Shown here: piece after piece, positions 1 through 11,032 of the stretch
Layout: the number at the start of each line of letters is the position of its first letter
How positions within the stretch are numbered: position 1 is the first letter of the stretch
Origin: Azolla caroliniana
Lineage: Eukaryota > Plantae > Polypodiophyta
Assembly: GCA_043228905.1 (NCBI GenBank)
Contig: JBHGNT010000004.1
Coordinates: forward strand, 9,796,001 to 9,860,000
DNA: 64,000 nt
Direction of reading: 5' to 3'
Notes under the pieces: model-generated
Seen by the model: the letters and a program-made list of their open reading frames with translations, nothing else
Told to the model about the DNA's origin: nothing
Database searches by the model: none
Translations under genes and position numbers: made by a program

Positions 1-1776
1 AACCCCATCTTACACAACCGGTGCGTGATCTTCGCATTCCAAGCTCAGGGGGCTTGCTTAAGGCCATAAAGGGACTTCTTCAGCCGGCATACCGCCGACT
101 TGTTCATCTCCGTCTGGAAACCGAGGGGTTGTATCATAAAGACCTCTTCTTCAAGATCTCCTTGAAGAAATGCATTCTTCACATCCATCTGGTGAAGATG
201 CCACCCCCTTGCCGCTGCAACCGCCAGCACCACACGAACCATCGTCATCTTCGCTACCGGAGCGAAGGTCTCATCGTAGTCGATTCCGTGGGTCTATGCG
301 TATCCCTTCGCCACTAATCGGGCCTTGTACTGGTTAACTGAACCGTCAGCATTGTACTTTACCTTGTACACCCACTTGCATCCGATCGGTTTACTGTGAC
401 GGGGAGGGTCAACTAGGTCCCATGTATCGTTGGCATCAAGTGCCCGCATCTCTTCTTCCATAGTGGCACGCCAATGTGCGTCCTTTCCCGCTTCTACGTA
501 GTTCTCTGGCTCACGCACATTCGCCACCTTGGTCATGTATGCATAGTGATGCACCATGTACTCATTGTATCTGTACCGCTTAATAGGTTCCTTCTGGTGG
601 GTTGACCGGCCTAACCTACCGTTACCCGGTTTGATGCCCTTCTTGGTCGGTTCGGTCTTTGATGCCGAAGAACCGTCATTTTCCTTTCTAGAGTTGGATC
701 CGCTTCGATCCGACTCATCAATACCAGTTCCATAATCCAGCATCTTCTTCTTCCCCTTCTCTTTGCTCGTGAACCATCTCCTCGGTTCCTTGCGCGGGGA
801 GAGCACGGCAGAGTCTTCACTACTCGCTGGTTCTTCTTACGACTGGTCGGATTGACCTAGTCTCTCCTTCGGCCCACTCAACTGAAACGATTCCGGACTC
901 TCTTCTTGAGTCTCAGATTCATCATCTTCTAACTGGACCGGTTAAGGCTCACTAGCCTCATCCTCCGATATCAGGTCGGGGTCAGAAGTCGGAGCTGGTA
1001 AGGCATACCATGATGCGGCTAACTTAGACCTGCTTCGTCCGGGGGTTATAACACTTATACGCCTTTTGCTCATGTGAGTAGCCGACGAGGATGCACTTCT
1101 CCGATTTTGCATCCAGCTTCCTCCGCTTCTCATCCGGCACATGCACATATGCTATGTTGGTGAAAAATGACAGCGTATTCTCCCTCGTACATACTGTTGT
1201 CCGGAAAGCTCGGAACTTAGACGCTAGGCCGCCAAGACAGACCTATACCATCTCGTCTTCCTCTACAGTAACGTTGATAGAGGCAAGCGAGTCACAGATC
1301 TCTTTGATTCGGGTCGTGTAATCAGCCACCGACATGTTCTTCTGTCGGACATTGCTCAACTCCTGTCGGAGTTGCAGCTTTCGGGTTGTGGTGCTTGTGG
1401 CGAACACCTTCTTCAGGTTTCCCCAAGCCTCTTTCGGCGTCCCGGCATCTCGGACGTGGCTTAGTAGCTGGTCTGCCACACTGGATGCAAAGCAGTACAT
1501 CACTCTACTTGCCGATTGTTCCCACACCGGGAAGTCCTTGTGTGCCGCATCAGGTGCTGTGTCGTTAGGTCTATCGACATAGCTCTAGTAACCATGCCCA
1601 AGCAGGTACTGGTGTATCTTGTATGACCAAGATGCGTAGTTGGATCTATCACGCTTCTCCACCGGAAGCGAGCTAGCCATTCCTCTATCCATTGTTTTTT
1701 TTTTTTTGTTCTTTACAAAGGTTAGGTTTTCTTCTTGCGAAAGCGAATGTTGGCTGTAGAGGTTCACAACCCTTGC

Positions 1777-1788
1777 GCTCTGATACCA
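1777..1788 (-). promoter_or_regulatory. Primer-binding site (tRNA-iMet) of Copia-A
   Basis: gctctgatacca is the reverse complement of TGGTATCAGAGC and abuts the LTR. Confidence 0.9.
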
Positions 1789-2210
1789 TGTAAAAACAAA
1801 TAGCCTGCGGAAGCAATGAAAAAACAGAAAACAGAGAACAAGTTTAATGGAGAGCTTAACAGTACGCGGGAGCGACAAAGAGAGAGAACAAGAATCTCTA
1901 TTCAAAAATTATATCAACGCTCTGTACATCGTAGGTGTTCAACGAGCACTTTTATACAGGTCCATACGGATTGACAGAAGTACGATGTACTTCAATGCTC
2001 CCTCGAGCGTCTGACACTAACTACGAGAGTAATAACTCCCTAGTAGTCTAGCTACTACTAGGCTTCCGGTTACTGATGGATCCGGCTAACTAGCTCCCCA
2101 ACTCACCGGCTCTTTTGCGCACTGGGTGCTCACCGACTCACTGATCCGTCTCGCTCACCGGCTCAGGCTTATCCAGTCGATCTAGCTCCAATTGAGCTTT
2201 CCGCTCAACA
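1789..2210 (-). repeat. 5' LTR of Copia-A
   Basis: Plus strand starts tgtaaaa directly after the reverse-complement PBS and ends ctcaaca at 2210, where Gypsy integrase sequence resumes. Confidence 0.85.
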
Positions 2211-3698
2211 CCAACACACCTAGAACGACATATTACATCTTGTAACAAAACTTTACATACAACTCTAGTTGTTTTTTGTCGTAGTGGTCTTCCTTCTACT
2301 TGGTTTGTAAGGTGTTCTCTTGCTAGTACAAAATATCGCATTTAACCTTCCCCAAGTGGCATTGTCACTAGCTCGACCATCCATTTATAATGCATTGATG
2401 ATGAATATGTTGCCATCTCGATACCAAATAGTTGAATACCTCTGACAGACCTCACTGGTTTCCACAAATTTCGTTACATCTTTATACATATGTAGCCACC
2501 AATACTCTTCTTTCAACTTCTTAGATGTCGTCCATATGTTACTATGTCCTGCCCACAAATATCATGGAATTCAATAATTAATTTTGTCTTAATGTCATCC
2601 TTAAAAATGTCTCGAAGAGGATTTTTGGTTGGTCTTTTTAGACTCCTCCATAAATGCCCTTCATGTAAAAAAAAACTCGAATGCCCATCTTTGAAATTCA
2701 TTTAATTGGTTATTCGACCATGATGGGTTGGCTTCTTCTGTCTTTAGAAAATTTCCTATTTCTAACCATTGACCTTCATACTCCGTGTCTTTGAACATTA
2801 TGCTTACATTAAACTCATCATGAGGCTTAATAGATACTTGATGAGCAACTTGATGGCTTGTAGTTGCCCAATTATTATCTTCAGCTTGCATCACCTTTTC
2901 ATTTATGAACCTTGCTCTTGACAGCATATCTGCGATTGGGTTCTCTTTGCCCTTTATTAATGTATGCAATCCACCGAAACATTGCAATATCTAGTGTCGT
3001 GCAACTTGCTATCATTCTAATGTTTCAACCACTACATCTGCTCCGATCAAGTAATCTTTATCTGTTTTTAATGCATCAAGCAAGCCCCACAATTCTTGTT
3101 TCACTTGTGCATAATTTCTTTGTCTTTCATTTAATATCTTAGGTCCAAACCATATAGCATATCGATGTTGGTATTCATCTTCTTGGTTGATAACCCAACC
3201 GATCCCAATTGGGCTAGTATCAACTGGAGCTTTTTATAATGCTTCTTTCGATTGTTGAACAATGTGTGTATGTTCATTAGTCCAAATAAACTTCCTCCCT
3301 TTTCTTAAAAGTTGGTAGAGAGGATCTGATACATATGCAAAGTGTGGTAACCAAATATGATAAAACACACATGCACCTAAAAATCTTCTCACCTTTGTTA
3401 CCGATTCACAAACCTCCTTCATATTTTGTATTGCGTTAATTTTGATCGGTGAAGGCTTCCTGCCATACCAGCCACACATATGACCAACTATCAGAACTTC
3501 GTTCTTCACAAAGCTTGACTTTGTTCCTAATAGTGTCAAATGAACCTGCTCAAGCTTATTTAAAATACTTTCACAATCATTAATGTGATACATCACAAAC
3601 TTTCTACAACCATTTCCAACCATAGTCTCATCTTTCTCTCTTTCTAAGCATCCCTTAAAAGGAATATCGTCTAAAAATGGCATAGTTACCTTTGGGAT

Positions 3699-4067
3699 TG
3701 TAAAGAATCGGATATGATTCTTGTGAAGTGGAAGAGATATGAGTTATGTGTGTGTATGAGAGAGAGAGACAAGGAATAAGACACAGAGAATACGCAAGGT
3801 AAAAGTATATTAACAAAGGAGAAGACTGAACCTCATACAAGGTGGGAGGAGGGTGCTTTATATAGTCACCCTCTCTAACTACAAGACTCATGGAGCATGG
3901 GGAATGTGAAAGCTCATAAGTTATGTGTCATAGAATATGATTCTATGACTCGTACTAAATGCTAGAATACAAAGTGGTGACTTAATGGTGACTCTTGACC
4001 GTTGGAGTGTCTATTCACTCTCAAGGTGAGTTCACACACTAAACCAAGTTGAGCTTGATTCTCAACA
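3699..4067 (-). repeat. 3' LTR of Copia-B
   Basis: Near-identical direct repeat of 7065-7440; TG..CA termini; adjacent PPT. Confidence 0.95.
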
Positions 4068-4296
4068 CGCCCCCTCAAGCTCAAGTCGGGTCGGTTTTAG
4101 ACGGTATCCGAAATCCGCTTCAACTTGCGTTCTGGAGTCCGCGTCGACTCGCATTTATGCAGAGCTGCGGAATCCGTGCTCCAGCTTGCGTTGTGCATAG
4201 TTGTGAAGGTTGTGCTTCAGCTTGCGTCTTTCTTCATGGCTTTGCGTGGTAGATCGACTCTTCGCGGCTTCGTTGCGTGGTTGCGTAATCCACGCG

Positions 4297-4880
4297 TTAT
4301 TGTGTAATATCTTCAGTACTCCCCCTCAAGATTGGCAGGTCAGGGATCGTCAATCTGAGATCGGTCATGAATTGCCACAGCTTGTCGGCTCCTAAGGCTT
4401 TAGTGAAGATGTCGGCCGTTTGAAGATTTGTGCTAATGTGTTGTAGGTCGACATCGCCAGCAAGAACGCGCTCTCGGATGAAGTGATAGTGCACTTCGAT
4501 GTGCTTTGTCCGCACGTGGAACACCGGGTTCCGAGCCAGATAGATACTGCTCATGTTGTCACAGTAAAGGGAGGTCGGATCCTTCATGGGTATGCACAGA
4601 TCCTTCAAAATCCTCTTGAGCCATACGGCTTCACACGCAGCTACGGTTGTGCCCCTGTATTCTGCCTCCGTACTAGAAAGAGGGACAGTCGGCTGCTTTT
4701 TGCTACTCCAGGATATTGCTCCGATGCCGAGGGAGGAAACAAATCCGGAGGTTGACCTTCTATCGCCTTTGTAGCCGGCCCAATCGGCGTCTGTGTACCC
4801 CTTGAGTTGTATTGGCATTGCGGTCTTGTAGAGGATGCCGTAATCCATTGTGCCGCTCACATATCGTAGAACTCGCTTAG
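4297..4880 (-). pseudogene. Copia-B RT C-terminus and RNase H fragment
   Basis: KRVLRY..GYTDADWAG..RRSTSG..SWSSKKQ..STEAEY..RTKHIEVHYHFIRE..ADIFTKAL. Confidence 0.9.
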
Positions 4881-5077
4881 TGCTACTTCGAGGATGTGCC
4901 AATTTTTGCGCTCGGCTACTCCGTTTTGTTGCGGAGTGTGTCGGCAAGTGAATTCTCGCCGAATTCCTTCCTTTCGGAGATACGCCGTGAAATCATCTAA
5001 GAAGTACTCCTTGCCACCATCCGATCGAAGGCATCATAATGTCGGCCCGTGGCTTTCTCGACTTCATTCTTGAAATT

Positions 5078-6736
5078 TTAGAAGTGTCCGAACACTTCGC
5101 TCTTTTGCCGCCTCGGGTAGATCCAAGTGTGCCTAGAAAAGTCGTCGATGAAGAGCACGTAATATCGGCATCCGCTGAATGTAGCCGTCTGCGCCGGTCC
5201 CCATACGTCGAAATGGACTACGTTGAGTAGACCTTTGCTCACGTTCTGCTCTTTCGGGAATGGGTGTCGGTGTTGCTTGCCGAATTGGCACGCTTCGCAA
5301 ACACCTTCAATCTCCTTCTCTTTGAATGTTGGGAGTCCGATGACGAATCCTTTCGATTTCATTGCTTTGAGCTTTAGGAGATTTATATGTCCAATCCGCT
5401 TGTGCCATAACTCTATGTCAGAGTCAGCTTTCATGCCCTTTGCGAACATGGCCGATTTCATCTCGTGTGAGTCGAGAATGAACATTCGCCCCTCTCTTTG
5501 TCCGCGTGCGATGAGTCGGCCCTCTTTTTCAATGAAGCAACAACCTTGATTAAATCGAACTTGCATCCCTTGCTCTACAATTTGGCCGACGGAGACCAAA
5601 TTCTTCGTAATGGTCGGTACATGCAAAACATTTTTAATGTAATTTTTCTTACCTTCTTTTCCGAACGGAACATTGCCGATGTGCCAAATCGGGTGTGTAC
5701 TGTCGTCTCCGGTTTCGACATAGCCGGGTCGGTCCAACTCTCGAAGTTCTCGGAACCATTCTTGATGCAATGTCATATGGTTCGAGGCACCGGAATCGAC
5801 GAACCATACGTCTTCCGGACCGGAGGCACTAGTTGAGGTAGAGGCCGACATAGAGTTTGCTCTATGTTTCATCATGAACATTCCGCCACGGTCGGAGTTG
5901 TGTGCATACATTCCACCACGATCTTCGTAGTCGGAGTTGTGCCTGTACATTCCGCCACGGTCGGAGTTGTGTGCATACATTCCGCCACGATCTTCGTAGT
6001 TGGAGTTGTGCGCGTAATTCGTGAGTTGTCGGCTTGTGGAAGCCGATTCACGCATCTTCTTTTGGCACTCTTCTTCGTGGTGGCCAAGCTTTCCACAATA
6101 TCCACATTCGGTTGCGTTTTGACGGTTCGGGCCCGAGTGAAAGCTCCCCCTTCTTGCGAAGGTTCCTCGTTGGCTTCCGTTTTGCGGCCAAAATTGGGAG
6201 TTGTTATCGTAGGTCGGACCTCGTCCGCCTTGTCCTTGGCCGAATCGGCCTCTCGACCATCCGCATCCTCTTCCTCCATTCGAGTGCGTGTAGAGCATGT
6301 GGCCTTCCGACTCATTGCTCCTTGTACGCACGTGGTTTTCTTCGACCAATAGCATTGATTGGAGCTCAAAGAAGGAGGGAGATTTCTCCCATGCTAGAAC
6401 GGCGGTTCGCATTGCGCTGAACCGTGGTGCGAAGCCACCGAGGCATATTTGAACCATCTCATCATCATCGATATTTACGGTTATTGAGCCGAGCCAATCG
6501 CAAAGCTCCTTGATCTTCGAGGTGTATGTCGTAATGGACATGTCCCTTTGTTGAATGTTGTTCAACTCTTGGCGGAGTTGAAGCTTCCTCGCGGTCGTGT
6601 TGGCGGCGAAAATCTTTCGTAGATTTTCCCATGCCTCCTTTGGCGTCTTGGCTTCATGAATGTAGCCGAGCATGTGATCGTGAACACATGTCGCCAAGCA
6701 ATCCATCACGCGGCTTGCGGCTTGCTCCCATGTCAC
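5078..6736 (-). pseudogene. Copia-B gag-protease-integrase N-terminal polyprotein fragment (552 aa)
   Basis: Zinc knuckle CGYCGKLGHHEEEC, protease WFVDSGASNHM, GAG-pre-integrase LWHKRIGH..CEACQFGK, integrase start DVWGP..FIDDFSR. Confidence 0.9.
5879..6016 (-). repeat. In-frame tandem repeat in Copia-B gag (alternating 39/30-bp units)
   Basis: Encodes AHNSNYEDRGGMY-AHNSDRGGMY-RHNSDYEDRGGMY-AHNSDRGGMF. Confidence 0.9.
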
Positions 6737-7064
6737 GTATCCGGGAGCTGCTTCCGCGGGTCGGTCTTCATGTGCTGCTTTGATGTAGCTTCAATAGCCT
6801 TGTCCGACAAGGTATTGGTGCATCTTGTACTCCCAAGATGCGAAGTTGTTTCGATCCAACTTCTTGGTATGGAGAGCACTCCCCATTTGAGTATTCATTA
6901 TGTCGATTCTTCTTCTTCTTCTTCTTCTTCTCTCTTCGAATGCAAGCTATGTAGCGAAGCTACAATAGCGATGAGCGGGTTATTGGTCGTCGGCGTGGAG
7001 CACAACACACGATCATGATGAGGTGAATGGGCTAGATCGAGCTACCAAATCGCTCTGATACCAA

Positions 7065-7440
7065 TGTAAAGAATCGGATATGATTCTTGTGAAGCGGAAG
7101 AGATATGAGTTATGTGCGTGTATGAGAGAGAGAGACAAGGAATAAGACACAGAGAATACGCAAGGTAAAAGTATATTAACAAAGGAGAAGACTGAACCTC
7201 ATACAAGGTGGGAGGAGGGTGCTTTATATAGTCACCCTCTCTCTTTATTAACTACAAGACTCGTGGAGCATGGGGAATGTGAAAGCTAATAAGTTATGTG
7301 TCATAGAATATGATTCTATGACTCATACTAAATGCTAGAATACAAAATGGTGACTTAATGGTGACTCTTGACCGTTGGAGTGTCTATTCACTCTCAAGGT
7401 GAGTTCACATACTAGACCAAGTTGAGCTTGATTCTCAATA
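7065..7440 (-). repeat. 5' LTR of Copia-B
   Basis: Direct repeat of 3699-4067; adjacent to the iMet PBS at 7052-7063. Confidence 0.95.
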
Positions 7441-10411
7441 GGGATGTACTCATGTAGAACTTTGTTCATTGCTTTCATCATATGAGCAACTGAATCTGTC
7501 GCACCTTGAGGTAGAGTGCACATTCGAACCAATCCAATTGCTGTTTTCATTGTTGTGATATTGCGACTATCAATTGCTAGCTGAAATTGGTCATATCTTG
7601 AATATAGGTCTCCCATAGAGTAAATAGCTCTCCCAACAAAAGCTTCTAAAAATTCATCAACGATCAGTCCAATTCCTTCATTTGAGATTGTGACTTTGTT
7701 GATTGGTTGTAGATCTTGAATAAATCTTAGAGAGCCATCTTTCTTTGGAACAGTGAACCAACAGTTGGAATGTTGTGCGTTGGAAGGCTCTAAAATCTTT
7801 ATCTTGACTTAATCCTTTAGCAGCTCCAACAACTGAAGCAATCGAGCTCTCCGTACTGCAATAGGTTTAAAATTCCAAGGAATATGAGGGATAGTAAATA
7901 TTACCATTGGCATCACCACGTTTGGATCTACACAACCAATCTCCTCATATTTGAATGTAAACGTTTTCGCATGCCTAAAGATCATTTCTTTGAAAGTCGA
8001 GATATCTGATTGCAGAAGAAATTCATCCCCTCCAATTCTCAAGTTATTTATTGTCTCCGAAGTGGAGTGATGTCCGATCTTATGTATTAGTCGAAGCATA
8101 GGCTCGGTTGTTGCTGCCTTCATCTTCTCTTCGTTACCAATAGGTAATGGTACTACAACAGGTTTGACCTTTTTATCTAATGTTTTGTATTTTTTATTAC
8201 ATAAACTTTCTACTTCTTCATATTTACAATTATACCTATCAATCTCGTATTACATATCAATTGAGTTTACATGTATCTTTTTAACACTCTCATCATCCTC
8301 TTTCAAATACATTTCTAACTCTTCTATAGTATTTGCAAAAGAAATTTCTTCCATAACACTTTGAATCTGCTCTTCCATTTCAAGTACTCCATTACCTTTC
8401 AATGCTTGTTGAAACAAATTAGCATTCTTTTTCAAGTTCCTCTTGCAGTCCTACATCCTAGTCACACATATAGCACCACTTTCAGAAACATGAAATGACT
8501 TATTCATATGTTGTAATGCCCCACATCAAGGTCTTTTAATAATGGGACTATTGCAATCCTCATTTGCAACAGTCCTAGTCAAAAACCTAATTATTAAAAT
8601 TGTCAGAGTCTTTCGGTATCGAATGATCACGAAGCTCTTGCTTGTTCCTCTCATGATTTGGGCGAAATGTCATAAACTATTCCGTTCGTCGTCCATCTTG
8701 GTTGCGGATCTTTGCATAGGCAGAACCATTGTCGAGGACTTTGGTCTCCATCCGTACCATTGTGATGTATGGTTGCCCCAAGATTATTGGATAGGTAGAT
8801 CCTTCTTGCACAAAGAAATGTTGATCTACCTCTATATCACCAATAATAACCTTTACATTTGGGCATGCACCAAATAAATCTTCACTGACTGATGTGGCTA
8901 CTTTTACTCACCAACCATGCTGAGTATACATTAGCCATCTACCTTTCTTGTAAAAATCAGCACTCATTATAATTATTTCAGAACCATGATCAATAAGTGC
9001 CATCACCGGGTCTGGAACATTTCCAATCTTCACATGATGCTAAGTAGTGGCTCTTGCGCAACATTTGTGAGAGTAGTGCCTTCTTGTATATGTTGAACTT
9101 ATCATTGAGGTTGATGCATGCTGAGAGTCAACAATGATATTGTTCGACTCGTTGCTCACCATTTCATATCCACCCTTGGATTTGTCTCTTTAACCTGCTC
9201 ATTTACTTGCTTCTGTCTTCGCACAAATATCAATTATTTCATTCTGAAATTCCTTTTTTGCAATACCTAATACTTCTCTTAGTGTAAATTCTACTCGACT
9301 ATCTAGTATTCTTGTTTCTAAAATTTTCTTTAATCTGTATCCTTTTCAATATGAAACATTAATTTGAATGAAGGACCAGATTTACCTTTATCGACTTTTG
9401 CGTCCATCTCTTTTTTCTTTTGCTTTCTCTTGTTTAATGCTTCTTTGTAAGGCCAATCTCATCATTCGGCTTTTCCTTTTTTCTTCCATTATCACTTCAT
9501 GGTCTCGGTGTTTTGCCATCTGAGCATAGATTGTCATAGCATCTATCGGAACATCCTATCCAGTATTTTTCCTTACAAAATCTCTGGCAACACGAAGGTC
9601 TTCCATCTTCAGCTTTTGCTTTAGTGTGAAACTTACAACCTTCTCCCAAAGTGATGATCGACATGGCCTGTCATCAAGACACATTCCTGTTGTTGCCGAG
9701 TAGTACATTGCAGAAGCCTTTTCTGCTTCAACTTCTTCAAACTTAACCTTAACACCACCATCACCAAAGTTCATTGTAAGTGGACTTCTATTTTCAGTTA
9801 AGAAAATGTTACCATTTTTCCAATTGACCAAGTCTCGATTTTCGATGTCTTTATCTTCCGCACAATCACGGAATCAAAGTTCGAGACCATCACACCACAT
9901 GCATCGAGGTCTAAATGGTTCCCTTGACCTTGAAGTCTAACCATTCTCAAGCTTTGCCACTTTAATTGTTTAATCTTTCATACTTTGTACTAAATCATCA
10001 AGCAAAGACTCACTCTTAGTTTCGATCATTTCTCGTGGTTGATGGACCATTTTGTGTGATGGTTTTCGACCAAGTCTTTGAACTTCAATGTTTTGCTCAA
10101 GTCGATTTGTGATTCCCACATGTGGTATTTGTAGCATTGCACCATTCCTTTGCATTCTTTTCATAAATTTATTAAAAGCATTTGTTACCCCATTCCAATT
10201 TGCAGTTATACCATCCTCGGTATTTGGTACTTCAAGCATAAATTCCAATTCTTTTCTATATCTCTTGTCAACTGCCTACAAAAATAAAGCCATATTTTAC
10301 CAAGACAAAGAATTTCTTTCTTTTGGCTTTTATTGTCCATACAATCTATCAAACTCTTTTTTCATGTCAACTACAGATAATGCTTTATTTTCTTTTATGT
10401 CAACTACAGAT

Positions 10412-11032
10412 AGTAACGCGAGAGAAATCTTCACGGTGTCGTGAAGATTTTCGGCTATGGTGTGAAAATTATGTGGTAGTGAAGTATGAGAAGGAAGAAG
10501 AGAAAAATAAAACTGTGAGATATCCCACAACTAAGCTATTGGATGAATGGGTGTGGCCTAGCTACTTGCAAAGGTTTTGCCCAACCAAAACCGGACCGAC
10601 AACGTAACCGGGACCCGGTGACCGAACGGTAACCAACATCCGGCAATGGAACCGGCATCCAACGACCAAATGGTAACCGGCATCTGGCATCTAGCGACGG
10701 AACCGGCATCCAGCGACCGACGGTAACTAGAGGCATCCGGCAATCGATGATAACCGGCGGCAACCGGATAGATATATAAATAAATAAATATATATATGTA
10801 TACACAAAGAGTGCAAGTGTGGATTCGAACCTTGCACCTCCTAGTTAAGAGTTAATAGGCTTACCACTAAGCCATAACATTTAGTTGAATTTTTATTTCT
10901 ATCATTGTACTTTTACATGTAAATTCTCATACATGAGAGCTAAAATGAGTGACATGGTTATCATGCACCACATGTAATACATGAGCGCCAAATGGCAAAC
11001 ATGCATTTTATGCATGTCTTGTACCCTCACAT
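10412..11032 (+). repeat. Truncated Gypsy-G1-type LTR (plus orientation) with CCGG-rich repeats and a tRNA-like module
   Basis: Same modular layout as the LTR at 24609: 5' hairpin, gtgaaaatt, CCGG tandem repeats (~10590-10770), antisense A/B-box module, then a CATG-rich tract. Left boundary is approximate. Confidence 0.6.
10811..10876 (-). other. tRNA-like (Pol III type-2 promoter / SINE-head-like) module inside an LTR
   Basis: Minus strand reads TGGCTTAGTGGTAAGCC (A box with D-arm stem) ... CTCTTAA ... GGAGGTGCAAGGTTCGAATCC (B box). No acceptor stem, so not a true tRNA. Confidence 0.7.

Larger units (their letters stand above)
1..2210 (-). mobile_element. Copia-A: degenerate Ty1/Copia LTR retrotransposon with an internal deletion; runs off the left window edge
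   Basis: 5' LTR 1789-2210 (TG..CA) and tRNA-iMet PBS at 1777-1788. Gag fragments (ASSLPVEKRDRSNYASWSYKIHQYLLGHGY; RKLQLRQEL). Deletion joins gag to the integrase C-terminus near 1170. RT N-terminus GCKWVYKVK..YKARLVAKGY and [30 protein letters not shown]. Inserted into the integrase of Gypsy-G1a. Confidence 0.92.
3699..7440 (-). mobile_element. Copia-B: non-autonomous internally deleted Copia with both LTRs and TSD GGGAT
   Basis: LTRs 3699-4067 and 7065-7440. GGGAT at 3694-3698 and 7441-7445. PBS 7052-7063; PPT (rc cgccccctc) at 4068-4076. Integrase core (TPQQNGVAERKN) is fused directly to the RT C-terminus near 4880. Confidence 0.95.
2211..10411 (-). mobile_element. Gypsy-G1a: old, AT-shifted, degenerate Ty3/Gypsy element, interrupted by Copia-B
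   Basis: Gag fragments 9556-10248, including an RCMWCD knuckle-like motif near 9890. Protease region 8540-9000. KYKTLDKKVKPV near 8160-8200. RT (VIFTIPHIPWNFKPI; TLPQGATDS; PFLDDIPFKG), RNase H (ADMLSR) and integrase (YFVLAREHLTNQVEGR). Homologous to elements at 20455 and 57086. Confidence 0.88.

Noticed and set aside
7439-7440. Non-canonical terminus of the Copia-B LTR
   Set aside because: Present in only one of the two LTRs, so it is a post-insertion C>T change, unlike Copia-H.
10360-10411. Short direct duplication (atgtcaactacagata x2)
   Set aside because: Local slippage or repair scar at an insertion boundary; no evidence of function.
10811-10880. Functional tRNA gene (Lys/Asn-like), also at 24888-24954
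   Set aside because: No acceptor stem, poor anticodon stem and an incomplete canonical T-stem. Kept only as a tRNA-like module.
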